64,000 nucleotides of DNA from Tubulanus polymorphus. Its lineage: Eukaryota; Animalia; Nemertea. Below the pieces are notes generated by a model that was given only the letters and a program-made list of their open reading frames with translations, had not been told where the DNA came from and searched no databases. The translations under genes were made by a program, and so were the position numbers. Each line of letters opens with the position of its first letter. Position 1 is the first letter of the stretch. Location: contig NC_134026.1 of the NCBI RefSeq assembly GCF_964204645.1, positions 2,193,950 through 2,257,949 on the forward strand. Direction: 5' to 3'. Below are positions 1 through 13,200 of the stretch, in pieces.

Positions 1-858
1 TTAAAAAGAAATACAGGCCATTTATAAAGAAAATGAGTGACTAATTTTAATACATTCTTTCAAAATGCTTTGTAAATTATGACCAGATCCGTTCCAAGAT
101 CTGTAATTGCCATCGTTCCTTCGCTGCAACCACAGATTCAGTTACGGGAAATTTCATGCATACATTCCAATACGTACATACTGACTACATGTATTTTGAT
201 TTTGTTCAAAAAGATATTTCGAAACAACAATATAGGCCCTCAAACTCAGTCGTCACAACGACAGATTGCACATCCTTAAAAAAAGTAGAAATGCACTGTA
301 TAGTAAAGAAGCTAGAAAGCGATGTAACATACATTGAGAAAAACTACTGAAAATATCGACTGAATGACCTACAATGTTGATCGCGGTGGAAATCTGTCAC
401 ATCTGTACAATTGTTATTCCTATATAAATTATGTTTTAAATATGTTTGCATTGAATCTATTTTTTTCATTAGAATTATTGATCCTATGAGATTCACAAAC
501 ACACCAGCAAATAGTCAGCCAGTTACGAATTATCGAATGTTTTGTGGGGATATGTAATTCAGAAATATTTGTTAGAATTAAATTAGCTTATTCTAATTCG
601 TAATTACATGAATACATAAATCAGAGAAGTTCGCCTGATGATGGCTAATAGTATTTAGCCAAAAAATATCTTTTTTATCTCAGAACTGTTCATGTTTGGC
701 TGAATTTAAGGTGGGATTTCTCTCGTTATTCATCTTACACGGATATTGTGTATTTTCTCGTTTCGTGAAAATAAGCAATATCTACGCAACCAAAATCCAG
801 TTCCACAGTTACAAATTTAATTTAATTCGACTCCTATCAATTAGTTGATTTCCAATTA

Positions 859-955
859 CAGTAGAACTTCGTTACAACAAACTTCATGGGACCAGAAAAT
901 ATGTTTGTTATAACCGATAGTTCGTTTTTATCCAGTATGAAAACAAATTTTTCAA
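859..955. mobile_element. pogo/Tigger-like MITE fragment (same family at 5329-5495 and 13738-14053)
   Basis: TA|CAGT start; shared sequence TTACAAC.AACTTCA.GG.CCAGAAAATATG..GTTATAACCGATA...TATCCA.TATGAAA at three loci. Confidence 0.65.
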
Positions 956-1783
956 ATGAATTTTGTTGAGGCTTTATCGTTCATTTGACTCTACAAAAGT
1001 CAAGTCAAATCTTTACCCATAACTGTGGAAGAGAAGCTCCAAGGACAAGACTCAAACAACTCAAACAACTCAGGCAACTAGTTATCATTTTCGGGCAGAA
1101 AAAGATTTAGAGCCTAGCAAGTATCTGAATAGAGATCATTGACAGTGTTACGTAAGTTTAAAAATGCCATTATAACAACAGACAACAGAAAAAAAATATA
1201 TTAACATATCATTTGATTCTCGAAGAAACGAAAATATGTACCTTATCAAAAAACAATGTAAATGGGCCTCGAGTCTTACCCAGCAGAGGAATGACCACGA
1301 TACCTGAGAACAAGTGACGATTAGTATGAATGAGCTCAGTAGTGTCAGTTACGATCATTTTTTTTCTTTAGCAATCATGATACGATAGTTAAGAGATACT
1401 CTTTTCATTCAAATACAGAAGCAGTTTGAAAGCGAGATAGTTTTTTATACATCTAGGTGCTGCTTTATCAAGCATTTAGGGAAAAGCAAAAATTGATTAG
1501 CCAATTGAAATTTTGAGTATTATTCAGAGTGAATTTGATTTATTGAATACATTTTCTAAGTCTTGGAAACGTGGAAGTAATGTAAGGAAAGGCATGTTGT
1601 TATTGCAGCAAATCCATTATTATCTATGGTAGCATAATTACTAATCGTATAACTCAATCACCGGAACAGTAGAGACCATAATCAAAAAGTGGGCAGATTT
1701 GAGGAAAGTTCAACAGCTGAATAGAATTCACGTTATTCTCAAATCATACATTAAATGCAAATTTTAGAGTTCTATAATATCTG

Positions 1784-1918
1784 GGGCTGGTTCCATAGTC
1801 AAAACTTAATACCAAAAGTGGTCTTAAATCTTAAGACTGGTCTTAAGTTAGATTGGCTATAGACCTAAGTTGGTCTTAGAACGGTCTTAAGTCTAAGCTC
1901 TGACCATGGAACCGGTCC
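1784..1918. mobile_element. PIF/Harbinger-like MITE
   Basis: Imperfect TIRs GGGCTGGTTCCATAGTCA ... TGACCATGGAACCGGTCC flanked by CTG/CTG; internal repeated GGTCTTAA units. Confidence 0.7.
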
Positions 1919-2190
1919 CTGGTGCCAGATTCTCGGTAAAGTTAAACTATTGGTTTCGTGGCTGTTGGTTTTTTCATGATTTCACATGTACAAGAAGTCA
2001 AATTCTAACTTAAACTTTGCAATTAACAGATCCCTGATATTAAATACATAAATGTAAAAAGAATGGCAAGTAATTGCAAAGCGAATGCAAACAGCGTGCG
2101 AACAGAGTACAGAACATCTATACCTGTAATACTCCTATACAAATACACTGAACTACTCATTTATAGCTAAATGTTCGAAACGGTGCTCAT

Positions 2191-3738
2191 TTATTCATCT
2201 TTCTTCATCTCCTTTTCTTGTACCCGATAAACGCGGGCAATTTTTTCATGCACTTGTTCCCGATGGCTCAGAATACACAAGATTTCGCACGCGATCAGAA
2301 ACAGCAACGGACCGAAAGCGCTGAAGAACGTCGGTTCCGGACGCGCGCGGATGACGCCGCCGTTCGAACGAAAATCAATGCGGACCGCTTCCAATTTATA
2401 AAACGAAGACATCGAAATGAAAAAATGAAATAATTGATGGCTGTGGCCGATAAAATCACACCAGCCTATAGGTAAAATCTTCTGCGGGATGTCGCCGGCG
2501 TAAAATGCACCGCTGACGAAGAAACAAACGATTTGTCGAATGTGAGAGGGCAAACTTTCGTTACATTTCGTCTCGTAACGAATACAATGGAATAACATGT
2601 GTACAACAGGCAAAATAAGCCAAATATACATAGCAAAAACAGGTAGAATATGATGTAGTTTACGAGCGTACGGATACGGGCGTTTATACTTGATTTTAGC
2701 GCGGATACTCAAGTAGCACGTTAGAAATCCTAAACCTATTCCGATCGGGATAAAGATCGTTTGAAATAAACGATACAGCGATTCGTCGGCGCTGTACGTG
2801 AAATGAAGTTGCGCGCAGCAAAACCCGTACATGCCGATACCGGCGTAGTCGACCATGAAGCAGAAATAATGAACCGTTTCCGACTTCGACTGCAAACAAT
2901 GAGCTCCGCTGCTGCATAGAAACAATAGTAAGGTGGCGAAAATACCGGCTAGAAAGTCCCAACTGTAGCGATCGTTGATGAAGTCGATTTCGTCGCTCAT
3001 ATTGATCAATTTGACTAGAACCAAAATCGCGGCGATGACGTGAGTCCAAACATTCATACATTCATTGTGTACCTAGAAATAAATACGTTCAAGTCTGATA
3101 AATAAATATACCACTGTAGCAATACGGTTAAAAATATTCATAATGGTTTTATTCACTCTGTGGAAAAATATGGTGAAAGATTAGGATTAAGGTCAGGTTA
3201 GATTCCGATGAATCTACGTGACAGAAGTTATTGATTATAATGGAAGCGTCCTAGGGACATATTTTGTTTAAAAAAGTTTCAGAGGTTATTCCGACTTAGG
3301 CAAATCGGTAGAAAACCTCAAAAATCACTTCCAACTGAGAAAACTAATAATTCCAAGTCAGTAACTCAGAATAAACCTCATAGAATATCACAATCAGAGA
3401 CGTAAATACAACCACTGCCTGAAATATATTCATTGTTCCCACACAAGATATTTACACAAAACTCAAGAGGTTTTCGAGGACTTTTACACAGGTTGATTCG
3501 AGTAGATATTCTAATAAACCTTCGAAAACAGTCAGAACAGAAAGTCGTTTTTTTTTTTCTCAAAATAAAAATCCGCTCAAAATTCATGGCTTACCTGAAA
3601 GATACTGAATATATAACACAACCACGGATGATGAGGTTCACGGAATCCTGTATGAATATTCGGTTCCTGAAATAATACTGGAACTTCATGACGCAATCTT
3701 GTCGGCACTTGCGGAATGGATGTCCTTTTCTTGTTCAT
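2191..3738 (-). CDS. PAQR-family membrane progestin receptor (mPR alpha/beta-like), 2 coding exons (3738-3595, 3072-2191), ~341 aa; probable 5'UTR exon ending at 4903
   Basis: Spliced translation MNKKRTSIPQVPTRLRHEVPVLFQEPNIHTGFREPHHPW..IFQ|VHNECMNVWTH..SSGAH..DYAGI..GHSHQLFH contains the PAQR motifs ExxxNxxxH, SxxxH, DYxGI and HxxxH plus several hydrophobic segments. GT-AG junction is in phase 0. Confidence 0.92.
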
Positions 3739-5328
3739 TCGATCGCCATTTCCAGCTGTGGATTAAAATCAACTGATTAATTTGTTATTATCAGTGGCAG
3801 AACGAAATGTTATTATCCTTGTTCAGGGAACAATGACAATAGTCACAAGCTTAACAGAATGGGGAAGGGGGTGCTAAAATGAAATACTGAATTATTTTTT
3901 AATCCCCTCAACCTACTGTGCAAAAAATTAACAATTTTACCAGTGGCAAAATTTTGTGGTATTTATTCCGGTGGCCTTATTTTTGTATACCCGAGATATC
4001 ACTACTGCTGCAAAAAATGACATTGTTACAGGTAGCATTTTTCCAATGTACAAAATTTGGTGGCATTTATTCAAGCGGCATTATTACCCAAGATATCACA
4101 TGTCAAAAGCTTTGACTTTCTTAAAAACTTCAGGAAAGGCCCCAGACCCCCTGCCAAACTGGCGGCTTAGTGCATGCATGGCCTACAATCTCAGAACCCT
4201 GTTGCCAAAGGAACCTAGATCCACCCCAGTAGCGAGAGCCCTCACTGACCCACATCGAGGCCCATCTGCAATAATCCTAATTACAAACCTTTCTTTTCCA
4301 CATTGATATTACTATTATTGGAGTCCAATATTCCATTACTTAGAACAGCTGTATTTTTAGGTAGAATTGGAATCTCCATCCTGGAAATAAAAAATACACA
4401 ATATTTTGCTGTTAGTAATGTGTGGAATGACGAACTGCTCCGCTACAAATAGCAAGAAAGGCTTAGCTATGATAGCCTGATAGAACATTTCAGGTGCCTG
4501 GTTCGAACCTACTGGCTACTAGTAGTTAGTTAGCCTACCTATCATTGGTGGTGAGCTTTTAAAATCGGCTGGGCTTATACCATATGATGCCGCTGTTGCC
4601 AAACCAGTGTGTTGTGAAAATGTCCCACAGTGAAACTAAACCAGACAGGTTTAGTTTCGGACGACGTGTCTGGGCAGCGAGTCCGGCAATCACCTTGACT
4701 AATTGGGGGCTTTTAGTTACTGACTTCGATTACGTAGAAAAACTAGCCTATACTATAAAATTTATTTATAAACCTGGAAATTAAATTTGCATGAACAACT
4801 GAAACAAGATAAGAAAAGATTCATCGGCAGCAGCTGGAATGAATCTGGGAATAAGGAAGCCTGGAAGAAAAAATAATACAGCCAGTCAGTAATAGTACTC
4901 ACCGTTCTGCCTCCATTTGAAAGTTCCCTCTAAATTGAGTCCCGTTAAATGAATAGCTCTTTCCCGTTCTTGATTCACACACTTAACTGCATTTAATGCC
5001 CGATCTAAACCACATTCACCGTGAATACATTAAATTTGACAGTCCCCGGAACCCAAATCAATGAAGCAGAACAAACAATACTTCCGGGTTTTGCTTTGTA
5101 TTCCGTTAGATGGCGTATGAGTAGACTGTGCCGATTGCGCATTCAACCCGCAGCTGAGTAGGCCGACGTGATACAACATTTTTTAAAGAAAATTTTCTTT
5201 GGGACATACGAAAAATAAGAAATTTTCGATGCAGAGGTTCACGAGCTTAAAAGAGATGTGTTCAGCTCAAACATGGCCGGCCTGCTTTTCTTTCTGACTT
5301 TCCCTCTTAACGGTTTATTGTGATTTTA

Positions 5329-5495
5329 CTGGTGGAACCCTGTTACAGCGAACTTCACGGGATCAGAAAATATGTTCGTTATTAACCGATAGTCGTTATA
5401 TCCAGTATGAAATAAAACAAATCATCTTACATGGGACAAAATTCTATGTTACATCCGATGAATGAATCATATATCTGATTTGTTGTAATGAGGTG
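5329..5495. mobile_element. pogo/Tigger-like MITE copy
   Basis: Aligns by eye to the 859 and 13738 copies over ~80 nt. Confidence 0.6.
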
Positions 5496-7218
5496 ATGGA
5501 GACCAACATATAAAGCCCAACGTTCGAGATGTCAACCAAATAACAAAATACATATGTCTTATTGAGAGAAAAATCGGAGAAGAGGAACAGAATTGTTTCG
5601 CCAGATTCATTTTAACGACACTATACGGCACATAAACTAAGAAGTTAATTCAAAAATGCCATGGCTCGCTCAACAATATACCTGAGTGAGCGGAGCGGCG
5701 TCATAAAGTTTCAACCATCATCAAGATTTAATCTAAATACACAATGTAAAGAAGCTAAGTCAATAGTATTGGATCCATCGAAAATTTATCGATAGGATTA
5801 AACGCTACCAAACACGATATCAAATTTAAATCGCATTGTTCCCGAAAAGTTTACTAATTGTAGCAGACGTAGCCTCGAACTCGTCTTTATCTTTAAGTAA
5901 ACATTATTATTAAGTAAACTATTCAATTCCTAACAAATTTACAAATTTGATATACTTAAGGCAAGCTTAGGTTAGGTCCCAAGATAATCGTTAAATCATC
6001 AAAACAGCTTAATCGACGTGTAATATATAAACAAGACGATCCTTTAGGGGGCGGTATGATTACATCACGATAAAAACTTAGAGAGGATGTGTTTCACACA
6101 TGTGTAGAACAGTTGCGCTGGAGTGAATAATACACAGATATCAGAGCTATTCGATTCATTCATTCCTTATACGCTTCAAACACAAATTACGCTTTAAAAC
6201 AAAAGCGATTATCGGCCGCCAGAAAATCTTCGCAGCTCTTTTATCAGGATTTAAATCGCGTGCCGGAAATATGAACGCCGCGGTAAAGTTTGGGCTTTGA
6301 CGGTTTCCAGATCTGATGGTTATCTCGACCGGCGGCATCCAGAGAGTTAGAGAGGCTCTAGTTGTTCCGTATCTTTCCATCGCTACAGACACTCACAGTT
6401 CTACGCTCGATAGAATGTAGTTTTTACATCGGACTAGTGTAATATTCGTTGAGGTAAACCCTTTTTATCATAGAACTTATATTGGTTTGTTTACACCATT
6501 ATTTTTGGTTAACTTGTAATTAATCATGAGAGATTAACATATAAAATAGATTCCATTATGAACTGGTATTCATGGAATGGACTGAACATATATGTCAGGT
6601 ACAAACCTATACACAAAATGTTAAACTAAAAATACATGTATACACGTGAACGTGTGATATTTAGATAGCACAGTCACGAATTGTTTTTTGGAAGGATAGC
6701 AATTAGCCATTTATTTCGTGTATTTCTGTCGATGTATCATAGATTTTCAGAAAGCCTCTGCTCTGCTGTGAAACAGGAAATGATGCTCGCAATAAAACTA
6801 TTTGTCATATCCGCCAATAAAAACTTCATCCCCCGAGTAAAACTCGTGCTGGAGAAAACGAATTGTATTCTAGGGGGTACATTTATACTACATGCTATTC
6901 TCAGTAGCGTAAAGAAAAAAATCTACCGTCTATTTACATGGAAACCACTGTATGTTTTACGTATTCATCATCAGCCGTGATTTTGCTCGGACGATCCGAT
7001 TTTAAGAATTCTCCACAGAGATTAATTAGATCTCGGGTCTACTCCTTTGTTAAGATTCATCTGTAATATGTATGACCAATATGTAATACGGTGTCTGGTT
7101 ACACGCGTACGCTTATGCTAAATGAGTCTCCGGAGGTGGCCCCCAATTCCATGCGTATCTAATTAAAATCTCTGTAATTTGATTTCAGGTTGTATAGTGA
7201 TAGATAAATACGTTGAAT

Positions 7219-10200
7219 ATGTTTAAACCAAAGGTGTATCGATACGCATTCACATTCCTAATTAATATCATAATTACGCGGGTGATAGTCGCTGATTCGT
7301 CATTGTCGAGTTCGGAGATCGTACACGACAAAACTAAAGATGAGCAACGAACGACAGAAAAGTTAATGGTTCCCCAAAATTTCAAGGCTCATGGTCTGGT
7401 AAGTTTTGTCTTTGTAATTCATCAACGTAGCCGCACGTGCGAGTGAAATAGCAAAAAATAACACAAGGATGCACTATATACCTGTTATATATATTTACCA
7501 CAAGGACAGATTTACTGTAAGAAACGAAACACATCTGAAGAGGCGACAATCTTACACCAGACTATTTTGTAGACTGTTTGGTTGTAAAGCCGTGTATATT
7601 GAAAATCGCTACTTTAAACCTCAATGATTTTGCTTATATTTATCCTCTTAAAATCATAATTGTATCGTTATTTATGTAAGAATCGCATTTTGGTATTTTG
7701 TTCAAAAAGTTCAACTGTTCGTTTTTGTCGTGGATAGATTTGGATAGTCTTACTGGGTAGCCATGGAGGTGGAGGTATAGGGTATCTGGGAGAGGATGGT
7801 CACTGTTGTTGCCATCCGAATTCTGCCAGGTTAATTAGTTAGTATGTAATAATAAGGAATGTTTATGACTGGGAGTGATACCTGGGGGTGGAGCGGGTTT
7901 ATCTATTGAGGAACAGATGTTCACCGCGATCATTCCATCCACTTTCCTCTGCATGATGTACCTCCTCAACCGCTATTAGAAATCCCAAAAATAACGAAAT
8001 CCAGTCCAGTGAAGGATTCAGTAGACACAATGCAAACAAACAAACTTCCGTACAATAAATCGGTGAGCTCTATAGCCCTTGTTTACTCCGATCTTGCGAT
8101 TGTTTTCGAAAGATCTCGAACATGTTTATGTTTTGAGCCCCTTTGGCTTGGAGATTTGCAACGCGCAATAGAAATAGATTATCGTGCTTTGAATACCTAA
8201 GTCGTCTAGAAATGCCATTTATTCCCCTGTAAACATCGGGATGCCGTATTAACATGCGCGAGAGAACTTTAGTGTTTAAATGTTATAGTACTATTATTCA
8301 ATCAAAATGTTAAATCTACGCCCTAATTTTATAAGAGTAATGGCCATGGTAAAATAGTCTTGTGTGATACTCGGAAATGCCCTAGTGTTTTTGAAAGATC
8401 GGGTCATCTTTTGAAACTTCCGATGATACATTTATGCATCTATAAATATATATTCGAGTTAAGCTTCTACAAAAAAAAAGATTTGAAAAAGAGATTTTTT
8501 TTCATGTTATTAACGATGAAATTACACCCGCAATATTCTGATATGAAATATACGCCGTGAGATATAGGAGATTATTGCAGTATACTGGTGTATATGATCG
8601 TCTCATATTATCAACATGACTAACTCTCGATGTTTCTCAAATACTGAAAGCAATTGGGCCGTGAAATCCCGTATAAAGACCGCCTAATAGATGTAATGCT
8701 GCGCTTCATCAATGAGTAAATGATAAACTAAGTGCCATCGTCGTAGAAGATTGTCCCGTCAAGTAGCAGCGAGTGGAGTCAGAGAAAGACCGAGTAATTC
8801 TCAGATTCGGGTTAAATATTCCACAAGTTCTATCTACATCGCTTGCGTCTAGAATATTGGTGTATTTCGAATATGAGTCGATGTGCCGCTGGCGCAGGCC
8901 TCTATTTCCTTATCTATAGAATGTTTTGTCAAATTTCAAAAATTTTTCGGAGGAGGTCGGCTGTTGGGATCGCAACCAACCAAACCAATCGTACAGTATA
9001 TGGTGCACAATTCATCTTCTTCTCCATAAACACAAACCAATACCAATTCTATTTTCGTTCAACTCACCCAACGAACACTTGAAATAGTTCGAACAATCTT
9101 CTTCTACTGTCTACGATTGTTTTAATCATTTTTTTTAAACTTTCATGATTTACTGCGAATGAAAAGTATGTGCATGGCTTAATCACAAAGGCCTAATTGT
9201 AATATATGATCACGGGTCGCGTAATGGATGAATGTATAATAGAAATGTCAAAGTATAGTTGCCTGATTATTACACGAAGAACAATATTGTCCTATATAAA
9301 CCTTAGCTTATTTAATTAGCTAACAGCGTCGTATATTTACGTCAGAAATAAATAAAAATATATGATATATGGGCTATTGTCATATCTCAGTAATCACGGA
9401 GTATCGTGTTTAGAATGAAAGAATGTCGATTTGATAAATAATTCAAAAATAAAGAAATAGAATAAAATTAATGATTTGATCGTCAAGTAAATTCTGTTGT
9501 TATGTTCTGATATCAATTCTTTCAGGATTATCTAATGAAGTATGGATATCTACCGACCAAAGAAATAGAAATTGGAGGCGCCCTTCGTTCCGAAGACGAT
9601 CTTAAATTTGCGATACGAACGTTTCAAAAATACGCCAATATTAAGCAAACTGGACAGATCGATCAGGAGACCATATCGATGATGCAGGCATCGCGCTGTG
9701 GTCTACCCGATATCATCGGATCGTCCGGGATAGGACACCGTAAAAGACACGTCGGACACCGGCGTCGAGGGAAGAGATACAGCACAAGCGGCACCAAGTG
9801 GTCGAAAAAACATCTCACATATCGGTAAGTGATCTTCGCTCGATTTATCGCACATCAGTAGTTTCATGATTCGATATTATTTACAAACTATACGTTTAAG
9901 CCCTATCCGATGCCTGGTCATCCTAGCTTGCCAGGGTTTGATTCAGGCAATCGTACCGTGGCAAGTGAGGATGACCAGGTTGAACTTGAGATTAGTCAGT
10001 GTCACGGTCGTTTCATTTCACAGAACCAACGACGGTTTCCTCAGCATCAAATTTTTGGATAAAGTGATGAAAATCGCTTTTTCAAAACAAACGCTTTTCC
10101 CTAACATAAATGTCATGTCTAAGAAGGGATTTACACTGACAAATGAAGTCTTTTATGGGGCTCGAACTACAATGTAGCCCATTCATAGTCTGGGCGTGAC

Positions 10201-13200
10201 CTGAAACGTGTTACTCCTGACTATGTTCGGATGGGATTGTAATTTGCGTGAAAGCATTTCCTAATGAAGACGTGAGCTGGAATACACCGCTCGTTGGCTC
10301 CTCGTGACGGAATTTCTCGGTTGATAAAAATAAAAACTCCTCCACTTTAACTGGACGCCAGTGCCACCACCCGAGTACTGACTGGGGTTTGATTCCATAA
10401 GGCGTTGCCATAGCCACGGATGTTTTCCCGGGATGCCGCCAATTCAGTAACAGACGGTATTAAGTGCGGGAAAGTTCGTTATCGGACGTTTATCTTATAA
10501 ACATACCTGGTAGGGATAAGTAATGGTAATAGTCAGGGTATATACACATCCTGTTAGCTCTTCAAAGTTTCTCTTTCTTCTAAGACAGAAATCTTGTAGC
10601 GTTCGGGCTGTTTACGGAACGGGTGGATTTGTGTCCGGAGGGAATTCTCGCGAAAGAAATCGACAAACTGTTGACGATAAATACATGTATCTGATGTGAG
10701 GATTGTGGAAAACTACGCACTCGGAATCCTCATTCAACTTGGAGGTGATGTCTACGAATTTTATTCTCATCACAACCTGCTTGAATGAGTTTTCTTGGTT
10801 TCGCGTTCGACTTCTCACGGGACAACGCGGATTTGAGAAATGTTTGGAGCGATACTGGAAATTCGCCAATAGCGCGTCGAGACGAGCGGAGACACAAGCA
10901 ATCGACTATTATCATATTGAATTTCATAAAGTGGATATCTCATTAAGTCAGTCCTTGCCGAACATAGATAAACGACGATACACATTCCCAAACTCGTCCA
11001 GATATATGTCTACCGCAAAAGTCTGCAGTTTCTCTGATAGCGTAATTGTCAGATAATTCTTTTATCGATATGACTAAGCTTTTTTAATTTACTAGTATTG
11101 ATGAGCTTCGCAAAAGCGAGCAATCTCGAACGCCATAATATTGACGGAGTTACAATATTAATATTCGGTAGTGTGCGATGAACATCTACGATGACTATGA
11201 TTGTCTCAAGATATTCTAATAGACATATTGGAAAAAACAGTTTAATCTGCTTTCAACAATTTTCTATATAAATTCATAGTTCAACTGGTCGTATGTTAGT
11301 AGTGATTATAGAATTAGCAAATCGATTTCCAAACTGGAGTTTTTCATCATTCGTTTACCATAGAGAACTTGATGTCTTCATTTTTGGTCGAGTGTGTAAT
11401 TCTAAAGGCCGTTAATGGCAAATGCTTGTTTAGTGAACTTGTGAATAAGCCTCCAATAGAGTCTATAAATAATAGGGTAATAACTATTCATATCGGACTG
11501 ACTCATTTGACGATGGTCGATCGGCTTCAAGGGTGTAAATTTCTGAAGAAACCTCGCGCACAAATCTCCCGTCGGCGTCATAAAACAGATAGACGGATAA
11601 AAGTGATATGTTTTTAACTTCGGTGCGTATGGCGTAACTGTACAAGTATTCAATATTAGTAGTCTGTACGTCAATGGAATACTAATTCCGCTACAGGAAA
11701 CACCAAGGCGCGCTTCGTAATTAGTCCTACTTTTATAGAATTTTAAACTAACTTCGCCGAAGGCGCGTAAAATACCGGAAATGAACTCCGGTTTCCCGCC
11801 AAGTCAGCTATATCGGTTACTATTGGTAACGCGTATTAATCATTCACATGGTGTAATTTTCAACAAAAATCTCTTTTATGCGGAATATTTTTTCGATATA
11901 CAGCAGTGTCTCAATTAAATCATTGATCTGCCGGCCAGCGCTCCGAGTTCAGTCTGATCTGGTGTTATGAGTCGATATTACGCTATTTTCTCAGACCTTG
12001 GTGGCTTCTTCGTACCATCCGATGTAAAGTGATGGGTAACTATGTCAAACGACGATACACGCGGCAAACCACTACACCTCCACGAAGTTCCTCTTTTCTA
12101 CGAAATATATAGAGATTTGGTGCCTATGATATGTTACACCAGTTGATACGAATATGACTCGTGATTATTCGTGTTCTGTGATATTTCGTCGTGGTTTTTT
12201 AGCGATGTTTGAATACGACTAATTTTCACAATCAATCGTGATGATTAACGTTTCAGACAAATTGCTGCGTTAATAATAAAAACAAGTATATATTTAGTTC
12301 AGACAGTAGACCTCCTCCCAGGCCTATTCTAGCATTGCAGACCGCAAAAACACTATGAACCCAAACGATTCTTCGCGAATTTATCAGAAATAATAGCTTT
12401 GACATGATTTCTCTTAATCATCAGCTGGTTATAATCTAGAGAATTAATTTTCACAGATAAATCGCGGAGACACTGGGAAACAGTGCGAATTAGCTTCATC
12501 AGTGAATAGTACCCATACTATACAAACAGTGAACAGGAAACCTCCCTCGCATTCCTCTATAAATGATTTATTTTGAAAGAAAACACGAACTGTTGTTTTT
12601 ACTGCATGATATTCAACCTTAGATTTGACCCCTGGTGTCATTGTCGTAAAGCACCAATCCCGACCGAAGGTCCTGCAGCAACATTCGCAAAAAGTAATGA
12701 GAAAAAAGTCATATACGCACATATACACAGGTCTGTGTGCGATATTTTCATCTGTTTTGTATTTATCGTGAAAATATCGTGGGGATAAAACTCCCTTGTT
12801 TGATCTTGAATTACAGCAAAGATTTTAAAGCTTCACGGTAACAAATCTAGACCATTTTGCACATTTTCTTCTAATATCTAATCGAGATTAATGATGACTT
12901 TATTGTCAATAAATGCAGCCGTTATCTATTCGCACTAGAAGAGCCAAGGTCGCTTGCTGACTTCATTACATGGCAGCTGAACGATTAATATATAAGGGGA
13001 AAAAGTATAAAAATATAATCGGTTCATATTATATCGCCAATCAGTTTGTTACATCAATCTAGCGGTTGTTGTAATTAGATAAACAAGATATTATTCGTAA
13101 CGTTGAGAAATGTACTGATTTCAACTCGGCCTGAAAGCATGAAAGCTCGCAGTAGCGCGTAAAAAAATCTCTTTTGCCCCCGAGTTTACGGTTCTTAACT

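Noticed and set aside
4460-4530. B-box GGTTCGAACC as a possible tRNA
   Set aside because: No convincing A box or cloverleaf; at most a decayed SINE fragment.
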